From assembly GCA_045658565.1 (NCBI GenBank), contig JAZOVF010000031.1, forward strand, positions 64,222 to 128,221: 64,000 bases of DNA, in the 5' to 3' direction. Under the pieces are notes generated by a model, which saw nothing but the letters and a program-made list of their open reading frames with translations, made no database searches and was not told the origin of the DNA. Position 1 is the first letter of the stretch; every line of letters starts with the position of its first letter. Source of the DNA: Eubacteriales bacterium. Lineage in GTDB: Bacteria; Bacillota; Clostridia; Oscillospirales; CAG-272. Shown here one piece after another: positions 27,482-35,323 of this stretch. Both the position numbers and the translations under genes were made by a program.

Positions 27482-28438
27482 ATGTTTTTAAGAAAACATC
27501 TTGAAAAAATATATCGGGGAACTTTGTTTTCCCGCCACGATATAGACGGCAGTATTTTCTATTTTTCAGAGGAAGATTTTCCCGGTCTCAGAAAAACCGA
27601 ATATAACTTTAAAAATAGAAAAGGCGAAACACTTAGCGGCTGGTTCTTTAGCTACGACGGTGCAAACACCGAGAGGATAATAGTATTTGACCACGGACTT
27701 TCTGTTGGCCACAGGTCATACTTCAGAGAGGTTGAAACCCTTGCCGCCGCAGGCTATACTGTTTACACCTTTGACCACACAGGATGTACCTATTCCGAGG
27801 GGGAGGGAATTGGCGGCTTTGTTACCTCGCTTTCCGACCTTGACAGTTGCATAAAAGCGTTGAAGTCCCATTATCCCGAAAAGAAAATTGCCGTGGTAGG
27901 CCATAGCAGAGGCGCTTATTCCACTCTTAATATACCTGCCTACCACCCCGACCTTACACATATTGTAGCTATCTCGGGCTTCTCATCGGTAAAGGACATG
28001 ATTGACCAGCTGATACCATCATTAGCGAGTAAAATCAGAGCACATATCCACTCTGTTGAAGAAGCGGAAGCTCCCGAGTATGTCAACGCAGCTGCTGTTG
28101 ATACTCTAAAAAATACGAGTGTAAAAGCCCTTGTTATTCACTCGGCAGACGATAGGACAGTCAGCGTAAAGCAATATGAAAAACTTAACTCTGCCTTAAA
28201 AGATGTGCCGAATATTTCGTTTTTGTTGGTTGACAGAAAGGTGCATAACCCACACTATACCGCTGATGCTGTGAAGTATAAGGATGCATTTTTCAAGACC
28301 TATAAGAAAATGAAGAAAAAGAAAAAGCTCCTTACAGACGAGCAAAGAGCGACTTTTATTAAGCAGTACGATTGGCACCGCATGACCGCCCAAGACGATA
28401 CCATCTGGGCAGAAATTTTTAAATTTCTTGATTCTTAA
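27482..28438 (+). CDS. alpha/beta-fold hydrolase
   Basis: 318-aa ORF with the nucleophile elbow VGHSRGA, an FDHG oxyanion region and a Lys-rich C-terminal segment. Confidence 0.7.
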   Translation: MFLRKHLEKIYRGTLFSRHDIDGSIFYFSEEDFPGLRKTEYNFKNRKGETLSGWFFSYDGANTERIIVFDHGLSVGHRSYFREVETLAAAGYTVYTFDHTGCTYSEGEGIGGFVTSLSDLDSCIKALKSHYPEKKIAVVGHSRGAYSTLNIPAYHPDLTHIVAISGFSSVKDMIDQLIPSLASKIRAHIHSVEEAEAPEYVNAAAVDTLKNTSVKALVIHSADDRTVSVKQYEKLNSALKDVPNISFLLVDRKVHNPHYTADAVKYKDAFFKTYKKMKKKKKLLTDEQRATFIKQYDWHRMTAQDDTIWAEIFKFLDS

Positions 28439-28543
28439 GCCTTCCCCGGTGGAGCAAAGCGAAACGTGCCTTAGAAGGTGGCACGGCTATGCCGTGACGG
28501 ATGAGGTTGTGGAAGCTGTCACGAAGTGACTGATGAGGTGTAG
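28437..28543 (+). repeat. two tandem hairpin + GATGAGGTG-box elements (U1, U2)
   Basis: U1 is ...gaaggtgg-CACGGCtatGCCGTG-acGGATGAGGTt and U2 is gaagct-GTCACgaaGTGAC-tGATGAGGTGtag. U1 starts at the stop codon of the hydrolase gene. Confidence 0.8.
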
Positions 28544-28610
28544 AATTATTGAATTTGCCTTTTCATAAAGGCAAATATATTGAACGTCTATTACGTATAT
28601 CGAAAAAATA

Positions 28611-28737
28611 CGGACAGTCGAGGACGCCTGTCCCTACAAATTGCACTTGCAAATTTCTCCTAGACTATGTATTTACTAACATAATCATCTGAAGATTGTA
28701 TGCACTGATTGTAGGGGCAGGCGTCCTCGACTGTCCG
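28611..28737. repeat. REP/REPIN-like inverted doublet
   Basis: 29-nt arms cggacagtcgaggacgcctgtccctacaa and ttgtaggggcaggcgtcctcgactgtccg (1 mismatch) separated by 69 nt. Each arm is itself GTAG plus a palindrome (ggacag...ctgtcc). Confidence 0.75.
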
Positions 28738-28780
28738 CTTTTATGATACTGTAATATTACCTCTGTTATAAAACACCACG

Positions 28781-28812
28781 AAAAAAGGAGCGAATTTTCG
28801 CTCCTTTTCGTT
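28781..28812. terminator. bidirectional rho-independent terminator
   Basis: aaaaaaGGAGCGAatttTCGCTCCttttcgttt: a 7-bp GC-rich stem with A6 upstream and T-runs downstream. It probably ends the minus-strand aminotransferase operon. Confidence 0.65.
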
Positions 28813-28813
28813 T

Positions 28814-28943
28814 AAGCCTTCACCTGTGGGTAGCGAAGCGGCACGAGGGTGTAAAAAAAGCGTTAATAACGGTTTTTCCCCGAGTGTGACCGAGCCGCAG
28901 CGAGACAAGGTGGCACGGCTATGCCGTGACGGATGAGGTGTAA
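28814..28943 (+). repeat. degenerate unit U3 plus unit U4 of the GATGAGGTG-box family
   Basis: U4 (28907-28943) contains a 33-nt exact copy of the U1 core aaggtggcacggctatgccgtgacggatgaggt and ends GTGTAA, 1 nt before the convergent aminotransferase stop. Confidence 0.8.
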
Positions 28944-28944
28944 A

Positions 28945-30219
28945 TTACTTAGAATGCTTAGCGATAACAACCTTGATTGCTTCGATAACCTTTTCGATGT
29001 GCTCCTTTTCCCACGAGGGGTGGAGGAAGAGGGAAACTGTCTGATCACGGAGGCTTCTTGCAACAGGGCAAACAACCTTAGAGTAATCAACAGTCTTGGG
29101 GTCGGTGTACTCCTTAGACTTGAATGGGAACTGAGCATCGCCGAAGCCTACGCCGTCCTGATAAGCCTGCTCGAGATAGCTCTCGGGCCAGAGAATACCG
29201 GAGCAGGGAATGCCCATGCCGATAAGCTCCTTAATAAACTCCTTAGCGGTGATGTCAACAACATCAAGGTCAAGAAGAATGGGGTACCACCAGTATGCGT
29301 TCTTACGCTCTGCGGTATTTACAGGAACAGCCTTTATTCCCTTAAGGCCTGTGAGTGCCTTGTCGTACATTGCAGCATACTCAAAGCGGCGAGTAAGGTT
29401 CCAAGAATCGAATCTATTAAGCTCGCAAAGACCGATCATAGACTGCATCTCAGTCATACGGTAGTTGAAGCCGACTCTTCTGTGTATGTAGGGGAGCTTC
29501 TCCTCAAGAGCAAGCATATTCATTCTGGTACGAACATCGTAGCCGTGGTCACGGAAGGAACGGCACTCCCAAGCCAGATCCTCGTTGTTAGTGATAACCA
29601 TACCGCCCTCACCGCCGGTGGTAAAGTGCTTAGACTGGCAGAAGGAGTAGCATCCAACGTCACCGATAAGACCAACCATAGTGTCCTTATACTTACCGCC
29701 GATACACTGCGCGCAGTCCTCAACTACAAATAGGTTATGCTTCTTTGCAATCTCCATAATGGGGCCCATGTCAGCAACAACACCGTAAAGGTGAACAACT
29801 ACGATAGCCTTTGTCTTAGGAGTAATAAGAGCCTCGATGCACTTAGGGTCAAGGGTGTGGTCCTCGGTAACATCACCGAATACGGGAACTGCACCTGCCT
29901 GAACAACAGAGAAGGAGGAAGCAATAAAGGTGTAGGAGGGAACGATAACCTCATCACCCGGGCCTACGCCAAGAGCAGAAAGAGCGATGTGAAGCGCTGC
30001 AGTACCGTTAGTGCAGGAGATAGCATAGTCGCATCCTGCCCACTTTGCAAAAGCTTCTTCAAACTCCATACCAATCTTACCGGTCCAGTAGTTAACCTTA
30101 CCGGAATTAAGAACCTCGGTAACCTTCTCGGGAACCTCGGGTGCAAATTGAGGCCAACCGGGGAAGCCAATTTCTTCAACACCGGAGCCATTCATTACAA
30201 GATCTTCTTTTTTTGCCAT
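28945..30219 (-). CDS. DegT/DnrJ/EryC1/StrS-family PLP-dependent aminotransferase
   Basis: 424-aa ORF with the family motif SFCQSKHFTTGGEGG (PLP lysine) and a GDEVIVPSYTF segment. The size resembles scyllo-inosose/sugar aminotransferases. Confidence 0.85.
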   Translation of the reverse strand: MAKKEDLVMNGSGVEEIGFPGWPQFAPEVPEKVTEVLNSGKVNYWTGKIGMEFEEAFAKWAGCDYAISCTNGTAALHIALSALGVGPGDEVIVPSYTFIASSFSVVQAGAVPVFGDVTEDHTLDPKCIEALITPKTKAIVVVHLYGVVADMGPIMEIAKKHNLFVVEDCAQCIGGKYKDTMVGLIGDVGCYSFCQSKHFTTGGEGGMVITNNEDLAWECRSFRDHGYDVRTRMNMLALEEKLPYIHRRVGFNYRMTEMQSMIGLCELNRFDSWNLTRRFEYAAMYDKALTGLKGIKAVPVNTAERKNAYWWYPILLDLDVVDITAKEFIKELIGMGIPCSGILWPESYLEQAYQDGVGFGDAQFPFKSKEYTDPKTVDYSKVVCPVARSLRDQTVSLFLHPSWEKEHIEKVIEAIKVVIAKHSK

Positions 30220-30272
30220 GATTTTATGCCTTTCAATTATATAATTTTCAACTTTAAATTTAAAAATTCCGA

Positions 30273-31583
30273 TTACTTGCCTGCCTGCATCTCTGCAACA
30301 GCCTCAAGTACAGCATCAGCCATATACTCAAGCTGTTCAGCAGAAAGTCCGTAAAGAGGAAGATGAGTAAATCTCTTATAGAATACCTCTTCGCAGTTGG
30401 GACAGGTCTTTGCAATCTCGTCAGAATCATAGCCCATATCCTGAACTATCTTGAAGCGATAGAGAGGACCGAAGTGAGCAATCTGGGTAACACCCTTTGC
30501 TTCGAGCTTCTTCTTAAGCACCTGAATGTCGCCGCCTGCCTTTGCGGGGTCGATCTGGAGCAGGTACATGTGGTATGTGGGCTTGATGTCCTCGGTGTCA
30601 AGGAGCTGAGGAATGATAGCGTCATTCTCTGCAAATCTCTTGGTGAGATATTCTGCTGCCTCGCGTCTTATCTTTATAATCTCCTCGTTTCTTGCAACCT
30701 GGAGAGCAAGACCGAGACCCTGAATTTCGGTTGTAGAGGAGTTGCCGGGTACAAAAGGCTTTTCCTTGCCGGGAATGGGAGTGATATTGTAGAGCCAGTC
30801 CTTAATAGGGCAGGAGAAGTCGAGACCCAAGAAGCGTGCTCTCTTCATGTGAGGTGTGTAGCCGGGGATAGAGGTGCAGAGAATACCACCCTCACCAAAG
30901 GATGTGATATTCTTAACCTCGTGCATGGAGTATGCACCGAAATCACCGATAGTACCAATCATCTTTCCCTTATACATTGCGCCGAATGCGTGAGCCGCGT
31001 CCTCAAGAACTACAATGTTGTTCTTTTTAGCAAGCTCTAAGATAGGGTCAAGGTCAACAGGATAACCGCCGATATGTACGGGAACTATCATCTTTGTCTT
31101 GGGAGTAATCTTTCTTGCAACGTCTGCGGGGTCCATATTTATTGTTCTGGGGTCAACGTCAGCAAATACAAGCTTGCATCCGATAGCAAGGGGGTAAGCC
31201 ATTGTTGCTACGAATGTGATAGCGGGAACGATAACCTCGTCGCCCTCCTTAAGGTTTGCATACTTGTAAGCAATCTCAAAGCCTGCGGTAGCGTTGGTAA
31301 CGAATGTAGCAGACTCGGTCTTAAGGTACTCGTTGCAGGCAGCCTCAGCAGCCTCAACCTTAGAGCCGAGAGAGAGCTTTCCGGGAGGTGTAGCAAGAGC
31401 GTCAAGCTTCTTAACCTGCTTCCACACAGCCTCAAGAGCATCCTCGTATTCCTTGCCTTCGCCCTGCATAAGGAACTTGATAATCTCCATAAGGTCGTGA
31501 ACATTGTAGTTCTCGCCAACTGCTGCCCACGGCACCCTTGTGGCACCTGTGTTGTACCTGAAGTCAGATGTTTGTTTTCCCAT
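30273..31583 (-). CDS. DegT/DnrJ/EryC1/StrS-family PLP-dependent aminotransferase (second, divergent)
   Basis: 436-aa ORF with GDEVIVPAITF, LEDAAHAFGA and SMHEVKNITSFGEGG. Confidence 0.8.
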   Translation of the reverse strand: MGKQTSDFRYNTGATRVPWAAVGENYNVHDLMEIIKFLMQGEGKEYEDALEAVWKQVKKLDALATPPGKLSLGSKVEAAEAACNEYLKTESATFVTNATAGFEIAYKYANLKEGDEVIVPAITFVATMAYPLAIGCKLVFADVDPRTINMDPADVARKITPKTKMIVPVHIGGYPVDLDPILELAKKNNIVVLEDAAHAFGAMYKGKMIGTIGDFGAYSMHEVKNITSFGEGGILCTSIPGYTPHMKRARFLGLDFSCPIKDWLYNITPIPGKEKPFVPGNSSTTEIQGLGLALQVARNEEIIKIRREAAEYLTKRFAENDAIIPQLLDTEDIKPTYHMYLLQIDPAKAGGDIQVLKKKLEAKGVTQIAHFGPLYRFKIVQDMGYDSDEIAKTCPNCEEVFYKRFTHLPLYGLSAEQLEYMADAVLEAVAEMQAGK

Positions 31584-31648
31584 AATTTTCTCCTTTTAAT
31601 ATATTATGTTTTATATTATGCTTTAATAAATTTGTGAGGTGTAAGAGC

Positions 31649-32281
31649 TTAAAATTCCGGCTCGTACTTCTGGACAAACTCTTCCCAAACGATCTTCCTT
31701 ACCTCAATATCTTTAATCTTCAATCTAGTGCAGTAAGCCGAGAAGCCAAGATGTCCGCCCTTGATAGGCGTAGGATCGATAAGCTCGGTAATAAGAACAT
31801 CGTCAACCACCATAAATGTGTGACCCCCAATAGCTCCGCAGGTCATGCGTACCTCGCTGCCCGGTACGTAAATGTAGTTAGAGGTCGTAGAGTAGAGGTT
31901 TGTGCCAAAGCCTTCGCCGAAGTTTCTTTCAATTCCGCATTTGTGCTCGTACCAGCCGTTAAGACCGCAAACGTAGGACTCACCGAGATAATCGTGAGTG
32001 TTGTTCCAGTTAGCGCAGAATACCGCGTTAACGTCGCGCGTTGCGGGCAGAACTGTACCGATAGTGAACGAGAACATAACGTCATCCTCAAATCTCTCAC
32101 GAGTCATAAGGATTCCGCCAAAGTTTCCTCTCTCCTCACCAACAAGGTAGCCGTCCTTGACGCACCATTTTCCTGTCATTATTTCCCAGTATTTTTCCCA
32201 ATCTGAGTCGGGGGAGTAACTGAAAACAACAGGGGATTTGTCGGATAAAATCTTTTTGCCAAGTAAAAGTATGTCTTTCAT
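31649..32281 (-). CDS. DUF1961/DUF1080-like concanavalin-type (LamG-fold) protein
   Basis: 210-aa ORF with an AAGGAG SD. The C-terminal GGHLGFSAYCTRLKIKDIEVRKI resembles the last strands of DUF1080/DUF1961 jelly-roll proteins. Confidence 0.5.
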   Translation of the reverse strand: MKDILLLGKKILSDKSPVVFSYSPDSDWEKYWEIMTGKWCVKDGYLVGEERGNFGGILMTRERFEDDVMFSFTIGTVLPATRDVNAVFCANWNNTHDYLGESYVCGLNGWYEHKCGIERNFGEGFGTNLYSTTSNYIYVPGSEVRMTCGAIGGHTFMVVDDVLITELIDPTPIKGGHLGFSAYCTRLKIKDIEVRKIVWEEFVQKYEPEF

Positions 32282-32295
32282 TTTTCTCCTTTTTT

Positions 32296-32396
32296 AGCCT
32301 TCCCTTAAGCCTTCCCCTTGGGGAAGGGGGACCGCTTGCGGTGGATGAGGTAGTGATATGCTTGCTGCGCAAGCGGTCTTGACGAATGAGGTGTAA
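32296..32396 (+). repeat. units U5 and U6 of the GATGAGGTG-box family
   Basis: U5 is CCTTCCCCttGGGGAAGGggg-ACCGCttgGCGGT-GGATGAGGTagtg and U6 is GCTTGCtgcGCAAGC-ggtcttgacGAATGAGGTGtaa. Both lie between the operon's start codon and the AT-rich upstream region. Confidence 0.8.
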
Positions 32397-32661
32397 AATG
32401 TATAAATCGTTCCTATGTGAATCGTTTTATCCTTTTTACAGTAATCCCAAATATCGAAAATCTTTTTGTTTTTTGTATGTAAATATGCAATTTAACATAT
32501 TAAAACATATAGATTATAGCAAATATGTATATAAAATTAAATGATAAATCAATAAGGAAATATGAAAAATCGATAAAAAACAATCCAAAATCTTTGTAAA
32601 AATTTTGGATTTTACATTGTGTACAAAAAATCTCCTACATTACTGTTAGTGTTGAACAAAA

Positions 32662-32712
32662 AAGCCTTCCCCTTGGGGAAGGGGGACCAGCTCTGCTGGT
32701 GGATGAGGTGGA
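32662..32712 (+). repeat. unit U7 of the GATGAGGTG-box family
   Basis: aagCCTTCCCCttGGGGAAGGggg-ACCAGCtctGCTGGT-GGATGAGGTGgac. The flanks are the same as U5 but the second stem has a different sequence. Confidence 0.8.
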
Positions 32713-32873
32713 CTTTGGCAAGGGCGAATAGAATTAACCAACTAACTCTATACTCTACACTTTCCCCGCTTGCCAAAGCCTGAATCTGCAGACGGTTCGG
32801 AAAAGGAGATTCCTCGACTTCCGCTCTGCGTCTCTGTTTTCCACTTTCTGCCGCTCGGAATGACACATTTCTG

Positions 32874-32907
32874 CAAAACAAAAAAGCGGAGAATATTTCA
32901 TCTCCGC
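32874..32907 (-). terminator. rho-independent terminator of the lon...rluB operon
   Basis: On the minus strand: GCGGAGAtgaaatatTCTCCGC followed by TTTTTTGTTTT. Confidence 0.7.
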
Positions 32908-32926
32908 AAAATATGCATACCCCACT

Positions 32927-32977
32927 GTGGAAGGTGGGCATTCGGTCTTACGTCCCGAAAGCCCGGATGAGGTGTAA
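32927..32977 (+). repeat. unit U8 of the GATGAGGTG-box family
   Basis: gtggaaggtGGGCaTTCGGtcttacgtcCCGAAaGCCC-GGATGAGGTGtaa, ending 5 nt before the convergent stop codon at 32982. Confidence 0.75.
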
Positions 32978-32981
32978 CGAA

Positions 32982-33383
32982 TTAAAGCTTCACCTCGTGC
33001 CCATCACAATGCCCGTCAAACATTCCTGTCATATCTCTGAAAAACTCTCCATTTTCGTTCTTTTTAAAACCTATTGCATGGAGTAGCTTCTCATTTCCTG
33101 CGTCATTTGCCGCATGGCAGGTATGTGCGCCGCATATATCGATAAAGTTCATAGTTTGTCTGCCAAGGATAAACATAGCCTCAAAGTCCGAAAGCCCCTT
33201 TGCTTCCTTCAGGTCATATATGTACCCCTCTTTGCCAAGGTCAAACTGAGCCATTCCCATAAGGTGTCCATCGCCTGTATCTATCATCTCATAGGCGAGA
33301 GCCTCGGGGCGAAATTCCGCTCCGCAAAGTAGACAAATCTCTTTCTGCCTTGATTTATCTTGGGCTGGTGTGATTTTAAACAT
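32982..33383 (-). CDS. hypothetical protein (His/Cys-rich C-terminus)
   Basis: 133-aa ORF overlapping the rluB stop by 8 nt and ending in ...MTGMFDGHCDGHEVKL. No family recognised. Confidence 0.55.
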   Translation of the reverse strand: MFKITPAQDKSRQKEICLLCGAEFRPEALAYEMIDTGDGHLMGMAQFDLGKEGYIYDLKEAKGLSDFEAMFILGRQTMNFIDICGAHTCHAANDAGNEKLLHAIGFKKNENGEFFRDMTGMFDGHCDGHEVKL

Positions 33384-34113
33384 TTTTCACCTCTTTGGTT
33401 GCCTTGTAAAGATAGTCTACCTCACGCTCTTCAAGGTATCTCCATTTACCAACAGGAAGCCCATCCAGCTTCAGGTCACCGATAGACACGCGTGAGAGTC
33501 TTTTAACAGTAAGTCCTGCCGCCTCGCACATCTTTCTTATCTGGCGGTTGCGCCCCTCAAAGAGTGTCATCTTCAGCACGGTTCCGCTCTCATCTTCTGA
33601 GGCAATAACAACGTCAACAGGCTTTATTGTATATCCGTCTATCTCCAGAGCCGAGGTGAGAATTTCGTACTGTTCGTCGGTAACCCTGCCGCCTACCTTT
33701 ACTCTATAAAGCTTTGGTATTGTATGACTGGGGTGAGTGAGGCGGTTTTTTAACTCTCCGTCGTCGGTTAAGAGTAACATTCCCTCGGATATCATATCAA
33801 GACGTCCGACAGGGTAAACCCTTGCCTCAACTCCTTCAAGCAGGTCAACAACGCACTTTCTTCCCCTGTCGTCAGCGGTTGACGAGAGATATCCGCGGGG
33901 CTTGTTTATCATTATATAAGTGTACTCTCTTTTTTCGTACCTTATGCGCTTTCCGCGGTAGGTAATTACGTCATTTTTTGGGTCAACCTTCATACCTATT
34001 TCTGCCATGTGGCCGTTTATAGCAAAGCTGCCGCGCTCAATTTCTGCCTCGGCGGCTCTGCGGGACATAAGCCCTGCGTCTGCAATAAATTTTTGAAGTC
34101 TGATTTTTTCCAT
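33376..34113 (-). CDS. rluB: 23S rRNA pseudouridine synthase RluB-type (S4 domain + RsuA/RluB catalytic domain)
   Basis: 245-aa ORF with an N-terminal S4 motif (RLQKFIADAGLMSRR) and the catalytic motif GRLDMISEGMLLLTDDG. Confidence 0.9.
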   Translation of the reverse strand: MEKIRLQKFIADAGLMSRRAAEAEIERGSFAINGHMAEIGMKVDPKNDVITYRGKRIRYEKREYTYIMINKPRGYLSSTADDRGRKCVVDLLEGVEARVYPVGRLDMISEGMLLLTDDGELKNRLTHPSHTIPKLYRVKVGGRVTDEQYEILTSALEIDGYTIKPVDVVIASEDESGTVLKMTLFEGRNRQIRKMCEAAGLTVKRLSRVSIGDLKLDGLPVGKWRYLEEREVDYLYKATKEVKNV

Positions 34114-34130
34114 AACAAATGTCCTTTTTT

Positions 34131-35264
34131 CTATAATCCAAGCTTGTCAAATAGTTTTTTAAAAAAGCCTTTATCTTCCTTTTTATTTATATCTTCTGTT
34201 GCTATGAGCTTCACCGATGAAACCTTTTCTCCGTCAATGGTGAAAATTACTTCACCGAAGATTTCGCTCTTTTTTATCGGAGCAGCAGCAAATTTTGAGA
34301 GCTTTACAAACTCTTTTGTCTCGTGGTCGCCTCTCGGAGCTATAACAGATGCTCCCTCGGTGTTGGTTACGGTAAAGCTTTCTTTTTCTCCATCTATAAG
34401 GGGCAGGGAATATTCATATTCGCCCGCTGCCGCAAATTCTATTCGCTCCAGGGTCTCAAATCCAAGGTCAAAAAGCATCTTGTGGTCACGCCAGTCGTCC
34501 GGCGCGTCGAGAGTGACTGTAATAAAGGTAAGTCCATCACGCTCCGCAGCACCAACAAGGCATCTGCCGCTCTTTTTTGTAAAGCCTGTCTTCATTCCGA
34601 TAGCGCCATCATACATATTTAAGAGCTTGTTGTGATTTACATAAAGCCTTGATGTGTCCTCGGTTGCAAAGCCTTTTTTATATGTTGAAGATATTTTTTT
34701 AAAAGTTTCGTTTTTTAATGCCTCTGCGGCAATCAGCGCAAGGTCGTGTGCTGTGGTGTAATGCCCCTCATCGTCAAGACCGTGTGGGTTTTTAAAGCTC
34801 GTATTTTTAAGCCCAAGCACCTCGGCTCGCTTGTTCATCATATCCGCAAAGCTATCTATATCACCGCCAATATGGCAGGCTATTGCCACCGCCGCATCGT
34901 TTGCACTTCGTAGGAGAAGAGCATATATAAGCTCCTCCATGGTAAGTACCTCGCCCTCCTTAAGATAGGCAGATGAGCCTTCAACACCTACGGCAGAGGC
35001 GTCTATTCGAGTAGTGTCGGTAAGGCTCGAATTTTCAAGAGCCACAAGAGCCGTCATTATCTTTGTGGTGCTTGCCATAGGTAGCCTTGTGTTCTCATTT
35101 TTGGTAAAGATAAAGCTGTCGGTATCGGGCTGGTAAAGCACAGCAGCTCTGGCACTTACACTTTTCTTTTTCGGCTCTCCTGCCGCATAAACGGTTATAA
35201 GAGAAAAAATGAGAGCGGTTATTAAGAATATTGCAATATATAAATTGGTGTTTTTTCGGAACAT
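34131..35264 (-). CDS. serine-type D-Ala-D-Ala carboxypeptidase (PBP5 class)
   Basis: 377-aa ORF with a signal/anchor segment and the motifs SxxK (ASTTKIMT), SxN (SAND) and KTG (MKTGFT). Confidence 0.9.
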   Translation of the reverse strand: MFRKNTNLYIAIFLITALIFSLITVYAAGEPKKKSVSARAAVLYQPDTDSFIFTKNENTRLPMASTTKIMTALVALENSSLTDTTRIDASAVGVEGSSAYLKEGEVLTMEELIYALLLRSANDAAVAIACHIGGDIDSFADMMNKRAEVLGLKNTSFKNPHGLDDEGHYTTAHDLALIAAEALKNETFKKISSTYKKGFATEDTSRLYVNHNKLLNMYDGAIGMKTGFTKKSGRCLVGAAERDGLTFITVTLDAPDDWRDHKMLFDLGFETLERIEFAAAGEYEYSLPLIDGEKESFTVTNTEGASVIAPRGDHETKEFVKLSKFAAAPIKKSEIFGEVIFTIDGEKVSSVKLIATEDINKKEDKGFFKKLFDKLGL

Positions 35265-35323
35265 ATAAATATCACCCCTTTTTTCTTAATATTTGTACTT
35301 GGGGATGATATATTCGAGGAAAT

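Noticed and set aside
28518-28540. GTCACGAAGTGACTGATGAGGTG contains the hammerhead-ribozyme core string CUGAUGAG next to a hairpin.
   Set aside because: All other family members have GGATGAGG, GAATGAGG or similar, which breaks the invariant C3/U4 core. I could not place a GAAA junction, a stem III or a GUH cleavage site in the required order.
28933-32206. Five long plus-strand ORFs (266, 205, 225, 187 and 190 aa) covering the aminotransferase operon.
   Set aside because: The minus-strand frames carry clear DegT-family motifs (SFCQSKHFTTGGEGG, SMHEVKNITSFGEGG) and proper SDs. The plus-strand products are low-complexity and motif-free. They are shadow ORFs caused by codon bias; the bias itself is reported as a finding.
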